This document shows, one piece after another, positions 10,615-20,465 of a stretch of DNA of 59,319 nucleotides. The DNA is taken from contig JAJZOZ010000003.1 of NCBI GenBank assembly GCA_021811405.1, positions 1-59,319 of the forward strand, in the 5' to 3' direction. The notes beneath the pieces are model-generated. The model was not told the DNA's origin. It saw only the letters and a program-made list of their open reading frames with translations, and did not search any database. Positions within the stretch are counted from its first letter, which is position 1. Each line of letters begins with the position of its first letter. Source of the DNA: a bacterium. GTDB lineage: Bacteria; Elusimicrobiota; Elusimicrobia; Elusimicrobiales; UBA9959. Made by a program: the position numbers and the translations under genes.

Positions 10615-11028
10615 ATGTTGATGCCTAAGAGAGTCAAGTACCGCAAGCCGCATTCGGCCCCCCGCATAAAGGGCCCCGCGAAGCGCGGCACCACGCTGGC
10701 CTTCGGCGAGTACGGTCTGAAGGCGCTGGAGCCCCGCTGGATCACCGCCCGCCAGATAGAGGCCTGCCGCGTCTGCATCGTGCGCTACCTGCGCAAGAAG
10801 GGCAAGATCTGGGTCCGCATATTCCCCGACAAGGCCATTACGAAGCATCCCGCCGAGACCCGCATGGGTAAGGGCAAGGGCGCGCCGGACCACTGGGTGG
10901 CCGTCGTGAAGCCGGGCCGCATGCTGTTCGAGGTGGAGGGCCTGGACCTGACCACCGCGAAGGAAGCTTTCACCCGCGCCGGCCACAAGCTGCCGATCAA
11001 GACGCGCTTCGTCAGCCGCGAGAACTAA
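10615..11028 (+). CDS. rplP: 50S ribosomal protein L16
   Basis: [28 protein letters not shown]. Confidence 0.98.
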   Translation: MLMPKRVKYRKPHSAPRIKGPAKRGTTLAFGEYGLKALEPRWITARQIEACRVCIVRYLRKKGKIWVRIFPDKAITKHPAETRMGKGKGAPDHWVAVVKPGRMLFEVEGLDLTTAKEAFTRAGHKLPIKTRFVSREN

Positions 11029-11043
11029 AGGAGCCCCTGACCT

Positions 11044-11268
11044 ATGAAAAGAAAAGACAAGGAAAACCTGAGGAACATGGGCGACGCGGAGCTCGCCGCC
11101 CAGGCCGCCGACCTCAAGAAGCAGATCTTCCAGATCAAGTTCAAGCGCACCGCCGCCCCGGTAGAGAACCCGGTGCAGCTGCGCACCGCCCGCCGCAAGA
11201 TAGCGATGATCAAGACCTATCTCCGCGAGCGCGCGATCGCCAAATCCAAGGCCGAGGTGAAGAAATGA
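11044..11268 (+). CDS. rpmC: 50S ribosomal protein L29
   Basis: LRNMGDAEL, ENPVQLRTARRKIA; operon position. Confidence 0.93.
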   Translation: MKRKDKENLRNMGDAELAAQAADLKKQIFQIKFKRTAAPVENPVQLRTARRKIAMIKTYLRERAIAKSKAEVKK

Positions 11269-11537
11269 CCGAGAATACCGAGAGCAGGAACCAGCGCAAG
11301 ACGCTGCGCGGCGTGGTGGTCTCCGACAAGATGGCCAAGACCCGCGTGATCAGCGTGGACCACACGATCAGCCACAAGGTCTACGACAAGACCCTGCGGC
11401 GGCACCGCAAGTTCTACGCCCACGACGAGGCCAACGAGTCCAAGGCCGGCGACCTGGTGGAGATAGCCAGCACCCGCCCGCTGTCTTCGCTCAAGCGCTG
11501 GCGCGTCGTCCGCATACTGGAGAAGGCCGCCAGGTAA
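11265..11537 (+). CDS. rpsQ: 30S ribosomal protein S17
   Basis: GVVVSDKMAKT, AHDE.N, TRPLSSLKRW. Confidence 0.97.
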   Translation: MTENTESRNQRKTLRGVVVSDKMAKTRVISVDHTISHKVYDKTLRRHRKFYAHDEANESKAGDLVEIASTRPLSSLKRWRVVRILEKAAR

Positions 11538-11560
11538 GGCGGTTCTAAGGGAGAAATATA

Positions 11561-11929
11561 ATGATACAGCTTAGAACCATACTCAACGTCGCCGACAACT
11601 CCGGCGCCCGCAAGCTGCAGTGCTTCCACGTCAACGGCGGCAGCTACCGCAAGTACGCCTTCCTGGGCGACACGATAGTGGCCTCCGTGCGCGACGCGAT
11701 CCCGCACGCCGCCATCAAGAAGGGCGACGTGGTGAAGGCCGTGGTGGTGCGCGTCTCCAAGGAGACCCGCCGCCCCGACGGTTCCTACATACGTTTCGAC
11801 GACAACGCGGTCTGCGTGATAGACGACAACGGCGAGCCCAAGGGCACGCGCGTTTTCGGCCCGGTGGCCCGCGAGCTGCGCGCGAAGAACTTCCTGAAGA
11901 TAGTCTCGCTCGCTCCCGAAGTGCTTTAA
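11561..11929 (+). CDS. rplN: 50S ribosomal protein L14
   Basis: [32 protein letters not shown]. Confidence 0.99.
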   Translation: MIQLRTILNVADNSGARKLQCFHVNGGSYRKYAFLGDTIVASVRDAIPHAAIKKGDVVKAVVVRVSKETRRPDGSYIRFDDNAVCVIDDNGEPKGTRVFGPVARELRAKNFLKIVSLAPEVL

Positions 11930-11941
11930 AAGGCGGAAATT

Positions 11942-12250
11942 ATGCTTAAACTGAAGAAGAAAGACACCGTTATAGTGCTCGCCGGCAGGGACAAGGGCAA
12001 GAAGGGCGAGATCAAGGAGATCATGCCCGCCGACCGCAAGGTGGTCGTGATGGGGATCAACATCGTCTCCAAGCACAAGAAGACCACGAAGGACCAGCCC
12101 GGCGGCATCCACAAGGTGGAGGCCCCGCTGGCCATCTCCAACGTGCAGCTGGTCTGCCCCAAGTGCGGCAAGCCGGCCCGCGTGAAGGTGACCGTGCAGG
12201 GCGGCGAGAAGCTGCGCGCCTGCAAGAAATGCGGCGAAGCGATAGTTTAA
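11942..12250 (+). CDS. rplX: 50S ribosomal protein L24
   Basis: KKKDTVIVLAGRDKGKKG, EAPLAISNV. Confidence 0.97.
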   Translation: MLKLKKKDTVIVLAGRDKGKKGEIKEIMPADRKVVVMGINIVSKHKKTTKDQPGGIHKVEAPLAISNVQLVCPKCGKPARVKVTVQGGEKLRACKKCGEAIV

Positions 12251-12261
12251 CGAGGTAACAT

Positions 12262-12945
12262 ATGGCGAAGGAAACCCCCAAGGAAGCTACCAAGGAGCAG
12301 CAGAAGCCCCGCAAGAAGGAGCACCAGCAGCAGAAGCTGGAGCTCACCGCGGTGCCCAAGGGCGCCGTGGCCCCGATGCCGAAGGGCTACAAGGTCCGCG
12401 TCAGCGACCTGTACCGCGAGAAGGTGCAGCCCGCGCTGATGAAGGACTTCAGCCTGAGCTCCCCGATGGCCTGCCCGAAGATGACCAAGATAGTCATCAA
12501 CATCGGCGTTACCGAGGCCAAGGAGAACATCCAGGCCCTCGACCTCGCGAAAGAGGACCTGATGCTGATCTCCGGCCAGGCCCCGCAGGTGCGCAAGGCC
12601 AAGAAGTCCATCTCCAACTTCAAGCTGCGCGAGGGCATGCCGATAGGCGTGCGCGTCACGCTGCGCGGCGCGAGGATGTACGAGTTCTTCGACCGCTTCG
12701 TCAGCCTCTCGGTGCCCCGTATCCGCGACTTCCAGGGCTTCGACCCGCGTTTCTTCGACGGGCGCGGCAACCTGAACATCGGCCTCAAGGAGCACCACAT
12801 CTTCCCCGAGGTCAACATGGAGAAGTCCCCGAAGGCGCGCGGCATGAACATCTCGTTCGTGACCACCGCCGGCGACAACGCGAAGGGCAAGGCGCTGCTC
12901 GAGTACCTGGGCATGCCGTTCAAGAAGCCCGAGGCGAAGAAGTAA
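12262..12945 (+). CDS. rplE: 50S ribosomal protein L5 (with N-terminal extension)
   Basis: KIVINIGV, AKKSISNFKLREGMPIG, VTLRG, PRIRDFQG, FDGRGN. Confidence 0.98.
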   Translation: MAKETPKEATKEQQKPRKKEHQQQKLELTAVPKGAVAPMPKGYKVRVSDLYREKVQPALMKDFSLSSPMACPKMTKIVINIGVTEAKENIQALDLAKEDLMLISGQAPQVRKAKKSISNFKLREGMPIGVRVTLRGARMYEFFDRFVSLSVPRIRDFQGFDPRFFDGRGNLNIGLKEHHIFPEVNMEKSPKARGMNISFVTTAGDNAKGKALLEYLGMPFKKPEAKK

Positions 12946-12969
12946 TTTTAAAGGGAACAGGAGAAAGAA

Positions 12970-13155
12970 ATGGCTACATACGCTTGGATGGCGAAGATGC
13001 GCAAACCCCAGAAGTTCTCTACGCGCTTCCGCAACCGCTGCCAGATCTGCGGCAGGCCGCGCGGCTACTACCGGGACTTCGGTCTCTGCAGGATCTGCCT
13101 GCGCAAGATGGCGCACGAGGGCCTGATCCCCGGCCTGAAGAAGTCCAGCTGGTAA
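12970..13155 (+). CDS. rpsN: 30S ribosomal protein S14, zinc-binding type Z
   Basis: 61 aa, [24 protein letters not shown]. Confidence 0.97.
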   Translation: MATYAWMAKMRKPQKFSTRFRNRCQICGRPRGYYRDFGLCRICLRKMAHEGLIPGLKKSSW

Positions 13156-13181
13156 CGCGAATTCAAGGAAGGAGAGAAACA

Positions 13182-13589
13182 ATGGATCCCATATCTAACA
13201 TGCTGTCGGCGATAAAGAACGCCACCTCCAAGAAGAAGGAGCGCGTGGACGTGCCCTTCTCCGGCATCAAGGCCGGGCTGGTGAAGCTGCTCAAGGACGA
13301 GGGCTTCGTCTCGAACTTCAAGGTGCTCGACCCCAAGATGGACAAGACGATCGACCGCCGCGGCGTGATCCGCATCACGCTGAAGTACACCAACGACAAG
13401 CAGCCCGTGATCAACGGCCTGCGCCGCGTGTCCCGCCCCGGCCTGCGCGTCTACCGCGGCCACGAGGAACTGCCGCGCGTGCGCGCCGCCTTCGGCGTGA
13501 CGATAGTCTCCACTTCCAGGGGCCTGCTGACCGACTCCGAGGCCAAGAAGCAGAAGCTCGGCGGCGAGGTCGTCTGCCAGGTGTGGTAA
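13182..13589 (+). CDS. rpsH: 30S ribosomal protein S8
   Basis: MDPISNML, LKDEGFV, SRPGLRVY, STSRG, GGEVVCQVW; ATG 13182. Confidence 0.98.
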   Translation: MDPISNMLSAIKNATSKKKERVDVPFSGIKAGLVKLLKDEGFVSNFKVLDPKMDKTIDRRGVIRITLKYTNDKQPVINGLRRVSRPGLRVYRGHEELPRVRAAFGVTIVSTSRGLLTDSEAKKQKLGGEVVCQVW

Positions 13590-13614
13590 CGGACAAGCTA
13601 TAAGAGGTAAAACC

Positions 13615-14181
13615 ATGAGCAGAATCGGAAAGAAACCCATATCGATGCCCGACAAGGTAAAGGCCCGCGTGGACGGCCGCACCGTGCACGTGGAGGGGCC
13701 GCTCGGCAAGCTGGACTACAGCCTGCCCGAGGGCATCAACGCCGCCGTCGCCGGCAACGTGATCAACGTCAGCATAGCGCAGGGGGCCGCCGACAAGGCC
13801 GCCCTGTTCGGCACCACCCGCGCCCGCATCAACAACATGGTCGCCGGCGTGACCAAGGAGTTCGAGAAGGTGCTCGAGATCAGCGGCGTGGGCTTCAAGG
13901 GCTCCGTAGAGGGCAACCGCGTGTCGCTGACGCTCGGCTTCTCCCATCCGGTGCTGATGGACATTCCGAAGGGCATCAAGATGTCCTTCGACCCGAAGCA
14001 GACCGTGCTGACGATCAAGGGCATAGACCGCGAGGCCGTGGGCAACCTGGCCGCCCAGATCAAGAGGGTCAAGAAGCCCGAGCCCTACAAGGGCACCGGT
14101 ATCAAGTACCAGGGCGAGCACATCATCCGCAAGGCCGGCAAGACCGCGGCCGGGGCCGGCGCCGGGGCCGCCAAGAAATAA
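13615..14181 (+). CDS. rplF: 50S ribosomal protein L6
   Basis: MSRIGKKPI, GTTRA, LGFSHP, PEPYKGTGI. Confidence 0.98.
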   Translation: MSRIGKKPISMPDKVKARVDGRTVHVEGPLGKLDYSLPEGINAAVAGNVINVSIAQGAADKAALFGTTRARINNMVAGVTKEFEKVLEISGVGFKGSVEGNRVSLTLGFSHPVLMDIPKGIKMSFDPKQTVLTIKGIDREAVGNLAAQIKRVKKPEPYKGTGIKYQGEHIIRKAGKTAAGAGAGAAKK

Positions 14182-14211
14182 GGGCGCAAGCACGACAGGA
14201 GAACGAGCAAT

Positions 14212-14574
14212 ATGATAAGCAAACAGGAAAGATACGAGTTCCGCAAGGTCCGCTCCCGCAACAGGCTGTTCGAGAACGGCATCAAGAGGCCGCGCCTCAG
14301 CGTGTACCGCGGCGCCAAGCACCTCTACGCGCAGGTCGTCGACGACGTGAAGGGCACCACCCTCGTCGCGGCCTCCAGCGTGGACAAGGAACTGAAGGGC
14401 AAGCTGAAGTCCGGCAAGAGCATCGCCTCCGCGAAGGTCGTAGGGGCTCTGCTGGGCAAGCGCGCCGTGGCGAAGGGCGTGACCGAGGTCTGCTTCGACA
14501 GGGGCGGCCGGATATACCACGGCCGCATCAAGGCGCTGGCCGACGCGGCCCGCGAAGCCGGACTGAAATTCTAA
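14212..14574 (+). CDS. rplR: 50S ribosomal protein L18
   Basis: [37 protein letters not shown]. Confidence 0.98.
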   Translation: MISKQERYEFRKVRSRNRLFENGIKRPRLSVYRGAKHLYAQVVDDVKGTTLVAASSVDKELKGKLKSGKSIASAKVVGALLGKRAVAKGVTEVCFDRGGRIYHGRIKALADAAREAGLKF

Positions 14575-14587
14575 GGGAGAAGCCAAA

Positions 14588-15142
14588 ATGCTCAGAAACC
14601 AGAAACAGCTCAAGACCAGCAAGGAACTCAGCGCCCAGGGCAAGCCCGCCGGCGAGGCTATGGAGCTCGACCTGACGGACGCGAAGGAAGAGAAGGTCGT
14701 CACCGTGGTCATCAACCGCGTCACCAAGGTCGTCAAGGGCGGCAAGCGCTTCTCCTTCAACGCCCTCGTCGTGGTGGGCGACAGCAACGGCAAGGTCGGC
14801 GCCGGCCTCGGCAAGTCCAACGAGGTGCAGGGGGCCATCCAGAAGGGCACCGCGGGCGCCCGCAAGGAGATGTTCCAGTTCCCGATCGAGAATTTCACGA
14901 TCCCGCACGAGGTCGAGGGCAAGTTCGGCTCCGGCAAGGTGTGGATGAAGCCCGCCGTGGGCGGCACCGGCCTGATCGCCGGCGGCGGCGTCCGCGCCGT
15001 GCTGGAAGCGGCCGGCGTCAAGAACATCCTGACGAAGAACCTCGGCACCCGCAACGCGTTCAACACGGTCTACGCGACGATCGACGCGCTGAAGAAGCTG
15101 CGCACCAGGGACGAGGTCATGAAGCTCCGCGGCAAGGAATAA
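14588..15142 (+). CDS. rpsE: 30S ribosomal protein S5
   Basis: [31 protein letters not shown]. Confidence 0.98.
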   Translation: MLRNQKQLKTSKELSAQGKPAGEAMELDLTDAKEEKVVTVVINRVTKVVKGGKRFSFNALVVVGDSNGKVGAGLGKSNEVQGAIQKGTAGARKEMFQFPIENFTIPHEVEGKFGSGKVWMKPAVGGTGLIAGGGVRAVLEAAGVKNILTKNLGTRNAFNTVYATIDALKKLRTRDEVMKLRGKE

Positions 15143-15179
15143 GGCCGCCCCGGATACCAAAGCATACAGGAGAATAACT

Positions 15180-15650
15180 ATGGTCGCACTCAACAATCTC
15201 AAGCCCAAGTACGGTTCCGTGCACAGGAAGAAGCGTCTCGGCACGGGACAGGGTTCCGGTCACGGGCAGACCTCTACCCGCGGCCAGAAAGGCCAGAACT
15301 CCACTTCCGGCGGCCCCAAGCCGTCCGGCTTCGAGGGCGGCCAGACCCCGCTGCTGAGGCGCGTTCCGAAGAGCGGCTTCAACAACGTGAAGTTCCGCAC
15401 CGAATACCAGTGGGTCAACGTCTCCTCGCTGGAGAAATATTTCGCCGCCGGGACTGAAGTCACCCCCGAGGCCATGGTGAAGGCCAGGCTGGTCAAGAAG
15501 CCCGAGCTGATAAAGGTGCTGGGCGACGGCGAGCTGAAGAAGGCCCTGAACGTGAAGGCTCACGCTTTCTCCGCCTCCGCCAAGGAGAAGATCGAGAAGG
15601 CCGGCGGCAAGGCCGCCCTGATAGAGGCTCCCAAAACGGATAAGAAATAA
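15180..15650 (+). CDS. rplO: 50S ribosomal protein L15
   Basis: GSGHG, RGQKGQ, GFEGGQTPL, KVLGDG, KIEKAGG. Confidence 0.98.
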   Translation: MVALNNLKPKYGSVHRKKRLGTGQGSGHGQTSTRGQKGQNSTSGGPKPSGFEGGQTPLLRRVPKSGFNNVKFRTEYQWVNVSSLEKYFAAGTEVTPEAMVKARLVKKPELIKVLGDGELKKALNVKAHAFSASAKEKIEKAGGKAALIEAPKTDKK

Positions 15651-16981
15651 TGCAGCAAATAGCCGATATTTTTAAGATACAGGACCTTAAAAAGCGGATA
15701 TTCTTCGTGCTCGGGGCGCTGGCCGTCTACCGGCTCGGCGCCTCCATCCCGATACCCGGCATCAACACGGCGGCCCTTCACGCGCTGTTCGAGTCGCAGA
15801 AAGGCTCGCTGCTCGGGTTCCTGGACATCTTCTCCGGCGGAGCGCTGGGCAAGTTCTCCATCTTCTCGATGGGCGTGATGCCGTACATCAACGCGTCCAT
15901 CATCATGAGCCTGGTGCAGGGCGCCCACATCTTCCCCACGCTGGACAGGCTGGCCAAGGAAGGCGAGAGCGGCCGCAAGAAGATAACCCAGTTCTCCCGC
16001 TGGTTCACGCTGTTCCTGGCGGCGTTCCAGTCCCTGGGCCTCACGATCGCGCTGACCAAGATGGGCGCCAACGGCGACGGGCCCCAGATAGTGGCCAACC
16101 CGACCTTCGGCTTCTACTTCGTCACCGTGCTCACGCTGGTCACCGGCACCATCTTCGTGATGTGGCTGGGCGAGCAGATCACCGAGCGCGGCATAGGCAA
16201 CGGCATCTCGCTGATCATCTTCGCCGGCATCGTGAACCGGCTGCCCTCCGCCGTGATGGGCATGATCGAGCTGATAAGGATCGACGAAATAAGCCTGATC
16301 TCCGGCCTGCTGATCCTGGCGGCGGTCCTGGCCATCATCGCGTTCGTCGTCTGGGTGGAGACCGCCCAGCGCAAGATCCCGGTGCAGTACGCGCAGCGCA
16401 TGGTGGGCCGCAAGATGTACGGCGGCGCCTCCACGTTCCTGCCGCTGAAGGTCGACCAGAGCGGCGTCATCGCCGTGATCTTCGCGGTGTCGCTGCTCTC
16501 CGTGCCGTACACGATAGGCTCCTTCAACCCGCAGGCCGCCTGGGCCCAGAAGCTGATGTCGCTGATGAACCACACCAGCGTGATCTACCAGCTGACCTAC
16601 GTGGCGCTGATCATCTTCTTCTGCTACTTCTACAACTCCGTCAGCATTAACCCGAAGGACCTGGCCGAGAACATGAAGAAGTGGGGCGGCTTCATCCCTG
16701 GCATCCGCCCGGGCGAGCCGACGGCCCAGCACATCGAGTGGGTGCTCAACCGCATCACGCTGGGCGGCGCGCTGTTCGTGGCCGCCATCGCCGTACTGCC
16801 CGACTACCTGCGGGCCAGGTTCAACGTGCCGTTCTACTTCGGCGGCACCTCGCTGCTGATCGTGGTGGGCGTGGCGCTGGATACGATAGCGCAGACGGAA
16901 GCGCACCTGGTGATGCGCAACTACGAGGGCTTTTACAAGAACTCCAAGGTAAAAGGCCGCTGGTTCAACGTCGGGACCTGA
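15650..16981 (+). CDS. secY: Preprotein translocase subunit SecY
   Basis: Multi-TM, SIFSMGVMPYINASII, WLGEQITERGIGNGISLIIF, FIPGIRPG, GGTSLLIVVGV. Confidence 0.99.
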   Translation: MQQIADIFKIQDLKKRIFFVLGALAVYRLGASIPIPGINTAALHALFESQKGSLLGFLDIFSGGALGKFSIFSMGVMPYINASIIMSLVQGAHIFPTLDRLAKEGESGRKKITQFSRWFTLFLAAFQSLGLTIALTKMGANGDGPQIVANPTFGFYFVTVLTLVTGTIFVMWLGEQITERGIGNGISLIIFAGIVNRLPSAVMGMIELIRIDEISLISGLLILAAVLAIIAFVVWVETAQRKIPVQYAQRMVGRKMYGGASTFLPLKVDQSGVIAVIFAVSLLSVPYTIGSFNPQAAWAQKLMSLMNHTSVIYQLTYVALIIFFCYFYNSVSINPKDLAENMKKWGGFIPGIRPGEPTAQHIEWVLNRITLGGALFVAAIAVLPDYLRARFNVPFYFGGTSLLIVVGVALDTIAQTEAHLVMRNYEGFYKNSKVKGRWFNVGT

Positions 16982-17024
16982 CCCGGGCCGCGGCGACCGG
17001 CCCGGGAACAGGCTGGAGGGAAGC

Positions 17025-17666
17025 ATGAATATTATCCTGCTGGGGTACCCTGGTTCCGGGAAAGGGACACAGGCCAAGGTTCTTTCTCAGAAGCTGAACA
17101 TGTTCCACGTCTCCACCGGGGATATCTTCCGGGAGGAGCTGGCGAAGAAGACGCAGCTCGGCCAGGAAGTGGCCGGCTACCTTAACGCCGGACGGCTGGT
17201 GCCGGACAAACTGGTCCTGGAAGTCCTGAAGTCCAGGCTGGGCGCTGAGACGCGCGGCCTGCTCTTCGACGGCTTTCCCCGCACCGTGGAACAGGCGGAA
17301 GGACTGGACAGCTGGTTCATGTCGCGCGGCCAGGCGATAGACGCCGTCGTCTTCCTCAACGTCACCGAGGAGGAGGTGGCCAGGCGCCTCGGCGCCAGGC
17401 GCACCTGCACCGGCTGCGGCAGGATCTATAACACTATTTCGGCCCCGCCGGCCAAGGAGAACGTCTGCGACGCCTGCGGCAAGCCGCTGATGGTCCGCGA
17501 CGACGACAAGCCGGCGGTAATAGAGCGCAGGCTCCAGGTCTACCGGGACCAGACCGAGCCGCTGCTGGCCTACTACAGGGCCTCCGGCAGTTTTTACGAG
17601 GCGGACGGCTCGCAGTCCCCGGAAGCGGTCGCGGAGAAGGTCTCCGCCCTGCTGCGCAAGCCGTGA
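17025..17666 (+). CDS. adk: Adenylate kinase (zinc-lid type)
   Basis: GYPGSGKGTQ, STGDIFR, DGFPRT, CTGC..CDAC lid. Confidence 0.97.
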   Translation: MNIILLGYPGSGKGTQAKVLSQKLNMFHVSTGDIFREELAKKTQLGQEVAGYLNAGRLVPDKLVLEVLKSRLGAETRGLLFDGFPRTVEQAEGLDSWFMSRGQAIDAVVFLNVTEEEVARRLGARRTCTGCGRIYNTISAPPAKENVCDACGKPLMVRDDDKPAVIERRLQVYRDQTEPLLAYYRASGSFYEADGSQSPEAVAEKVSALLRKP

Positions 17667-18412
17667 TCGAGATAAAGACCCCGGCGGAGATAGAGAGCAT
17701 GCGCCGGGCCTCCCGCGTGGTGGCCGAAGTGCTGGCGCAGCTCAAGCCCCTGGTGAAGCCCGGGGTGACCACGGCGGAGCTTGACAAATTCGCGGAGAAG
17801 CGCGTGAGGGAGCTGGGAGCGGTGCCCGCCTTCCTCGGCTACCGCGGTTACCCCGCCACGCTGTGCGTCTCCATCAACGAGGAGATAGTCCACGGCATAC
17901 CCAGCCCGAAGAGGGTGGTCCGGGAGGGCGACATAGTCAGCCTGGACATGGGCGCGGTCTGCGGAGGTTTTTACGGAGACGCGGCCGTTACGGTGGCCGC
18001 AGGCGAGATCTCCGGGCAGGCGAGGCGCCTGATGGAGGTCACGAGCGGGTCGCTCGAGGCCGCGCTCTCCAAGGTGAGGGCCGGCGCGCGGCTGGGAGAC
18101 GTTTCCCGCGCGGTGCAGGAGTACGCGGAGGGCAACGGGATGTCGGTCGTCAGGGAGTTCACCGGCCACGGCATAGGCAGGCATCTCCACGAGGAGCCCT
18201 CGATACCGAATTTCGGGAAACCCGGCACCGGGCCGGTCCTGAAGCCGGGTATGACCCTGGCGATAGAGCCGATGCTCTGCCTCGGCAGGGCGGACGTGAT
18301 AGTGAAGAACGACGGCTGGACGGCCGTCTCGGCGGACGGGAGCCTGGCCGCCCATTACGAGCACACGGTGGCCGTTACGGAGGATGGCTGCGACGTGCTG
18401 AGCAGGGCGTAG
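17663..18412 (+). CDS. map: Methionine aminopeptidase type I
   Basis: CVSINEEIVHGIP, GDIVSLD, GHGIG, AIEPM, AHYEHT; GTG start. Confidence 0.97.
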   Translation: MIEIKTPAEIESMRRASRVVAEVLAQLKPLVKPGVTTAELDKFAEKRVRELGAVPAFLGYRGYPATLCVSINEEIVHGIPSPKRVVREGDIVSLDMGAVCGGFYGDAAVTVAAGEISGQARRLMEVTSGSLEAALSKVRAGARLGDVSRAVQEYAEGNGMSVVREFTGHGIGRHLHEEPSIPNFGKPGTGPVLKPGMTLAIEPMLCLGRADVIVKNDGWTAVSADGSLAAHYEHTVAVTEDGCDVLSRA

Positions 18413-18436
18413 TTTCGGAGGAAAGCCCTTATTTTG

Positions 18437-18442
18437 TATAAT
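18437..18442 (+). promoter_or_regulatory. Candidate internal -10 element upstream of infA
   Basis: Perfect TATAAT in AT-rich spacer, 8 nt before the infA ATG, no SD. Confidence 0.5.
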
Positions 18443-18450
18443 ATATAAAT

Positions 18451-18672
18451 ATGTCCGAGAACAGCGACAAGATAGAGCTCGAGGGGATAGTCAAGGAGTC
18501 CCTTCCCAACGCCACATTCAAGGTAGAGATAGCCCCCGGCAAGACGATACTCGGCATAATCTCCGGCAAGATGCGCATCCATCATATCAAGATCCTGCCG
18601 GGGGACAAGGTGAAGCTGGAGCTCTCGCCCTACGATCTCAGCAAGGGCCGCATAGTTTACAGAGAGAAATAA
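18451..18672 (+). CDS. infA: Translation initiation factor IF-1
   Basis: [32 protein letters not shown]. Confidence 0.98.
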   Translation: MSENSDKIELEGIVKESLPNATFKVEIAPGKTILGIISGKMRIHHIKILPGDKVKLELSPYDLSKGRIVYREK

Positions 18673-18711
18673 GCCGCCAGCGCGGCGTAAAACAGTTCAG
18701 AGGTGCTTCTA

Positions 18712-18825
18712 ATGAAAGTAAGAGCGAGCGTCAAGAAGATTTGCAATAAGTGCAAAATAGTGAAGCGCAAGGGCGTCGTACGCGTCATCTGCGGCGACCC
18801 CCGCCACAAGCAGCGCCAGGGCTGA
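18712..18825 (+). CDS. rpmJ: 50S ribosomal protein L36 (zinc type)
   Basis: Below ORF-track cutoff; manual translation [37 protein letters not shown]. Confidence 0.97.
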   Translation: MKVRASVKKICNKCKIVKRKGVVRVICGDPRHKQRQG

Positions 18826-18889
18826 TGCCCCAGGCTGGTGACCAGCGTCATCCGCCGGTGACCGATTACAGCAGCAGCAAGGAGAAAGT

Positions 18890-19288
18890 ATGGCACGTAT
18901 AGCAGGTGTGGACTTACCGAGAGAGAAAAAGATCAGCGTGGCCCTGGCCTACGTTTACGGCATCGGCCGCCCGCTGGCCGCCAAGATCCTGGCCGCCCTG
19001 AGCGCCCAGATCAACCCGGATACCCGGGTGAAGGACCTGAACGAAGACCAGGTCGGTCTGCTTAACTCCGTCATTTCCAAGGAGTACAAGGTGGAGGGCG
19101 AGCTCCGCAGGGAGATCACCGCCAACCTGAAGCGCTACGTCGAGATCAACAGCTACCGCGGCTACAGGCACCGCAGGAACCTGCCGGTGCGCGGGCAGCG
19201 CACCCGCACCAACGGCCGCACCCGCAGGGGCCGCCGCCGCACGGTAGGCTCCGCCAACAAGGCCGCCTCTCCCACCGGAAAGGCCTAA
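18890..19288 (+). CDS. rpsM: 30S ribosomal protein S13
   Basis: [31 protein letters not shown]. Confidence 0.98.
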   Translation: MARIAGVDLPREKKISVALAYVYGIGRPLAAKILAALSAQINPDTRVKDLNEDQVGLLNSVISKEYKVEGELRREITANLKRYVEINSYRGYRHRRNLPVRGQRTRTNGRTRRGRRRTVGSANKAASPTGKA

Positions 19289-19346
19289 GCCGCAAGCCCC
19301 CGCCGCCGCGGCGGGGGGAGAAAACTAAAAAGGAAGATCCAAGACT

Positions 19347-19775
19347 ATGGCAGAAGAGAACAACAACCAGCAGCCCGAAGGGGCGAAGAAGCCCGAGCAG
19401 AAGGCGGCCCCCCGCCGCCGCTACCGCAGCGTGCCGTTCGCCCGCGTGTACGTGAACTGCTCGTTCAACAACACCATCATCACCTTCACCGACGAGAAGG
19501 GCGGCGTGATAGCCTGGTCCACCTCCGGCGGCAACGGCTTCCGCGGCACCAAGAAGGGCACGCCGTTCGCGGCGCAGATCACCGCCAGCAAGGCGGCGGC
19601 CCGCGCGGCCGAGTACGGCGTGCGCCAGGCCATGGTGTTCGTCAGCGGCCCCGGCCCCGGCCGCGAGACCGCGATCCGCGCCGTCGCGCAGAGCGGCATA
19701 CACGTGGTGTCTATCAAGGACGTCACCCCGATACCGCACAACGGCTGCAGGCCCCCTAAGGCCCGCCGCGTGTAA
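19347..19775 (+). CDS. rpsK: 30S ribosomal protein S11
   Basis: [37 protein letters not shown]. Confidence 0.98.
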   Translation: MAEENNNQQPEGAKKPEQKAAPRRRYRSVPFARVYVNCSFNNTIITFTDEKGGVIAWSTSGGNGFRGTKKGTPFAAQITASKAAARAAEYGVRQAMVFVSGPGPGRETAIRAVAQSGIHVVSIKDVTPIPHNGCRPPKARRV

Positions 19776-19804
19776 CGCCAGAGACAAGCAAGGAGACCTT
19801 TACA

Positions 19805-20452
19805 ATGTCGAGATATACCGGACCCAGCTGCAAGAAGTGCACGAAAGTCAACCAGAAGCTGTTCCTGAAGGGCACGAAGTGCCATACTAACTGCGCCGTT
19901 GACAAGGCGCAGCGCGCCGAGAAGGAGAAGCGCTTCTCCTCCGGCGGCCGCCCGAACAAGATGTCGGACTACGGCAAGCACCTGCGCGAGAAGCAGATCG
20001 CCCGCCTCGCGGCCCAGGTCAACGAGGCGCAGTTCAAGCGCTTCTTCTCCAAGGCCTCCAAGGACAAGGGACAGACCGGCGCCGCGCTGCTGCGCTTCCT
20101 CGAGGTCAGGCTCGACAACGTCGTGCGCCGGCTCGGCTTCGCGGTCTCGCTGAAGGGCGCCCGCCAGCTGGTCAACCACGGCCATATCTGCGTCAACGGC
20201 CGCGTGCTCTCGATCCCCTCCGCCATGCTGAAGCCCGGCGACGAGGTCTCGATCAACCCGGCCAGCCCGAAGATAGCCGATACGCTGCTGGTAAAGCAGG
20301 GCCTCGAGCACGCCGAGAAGACCTCTTACCGCCCCAGCTTCCTGTCGTGGGACGCCGGCTCCAAGAAAGGCAAGCTCGTGCGCTGGCCCGACCGCGCGGA
20401 GTCCAGCATCTCCGTCGACGAGCAGCTGATAGTCGAATTCTATTCCAAGTAA
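19805..20452 (+). CDS. rpsD: 30S ribosomal protein S4
   Basis: MSRYTGP, SDYG..LREKQ, RLDNVV.RLGF, ARQLVNHGH, LIVEFYSK. Confidence 0.98.
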   Translation: MSRYTGPSCKKCTKVNQKLFLKGTKCHTNCAVDKAQRAEKEKRFSSGGRPNKMSDYGKHLREKQIARLAAQVNEAQFKRFFSKASKDKGQTGAALLRFLEVRLDNVVRRLGFAVSLKGARQLVNHGHICVNGRVLSIPSAMLKPGDEVSINPASPKIADTLLVKQGLEHAEKTSYRPSFLSWDAGSKKGKLVRWPDRAESSISVDEQLIVEFYSK

Positions 20453-20465
20453 GCGAGGAGACCGA

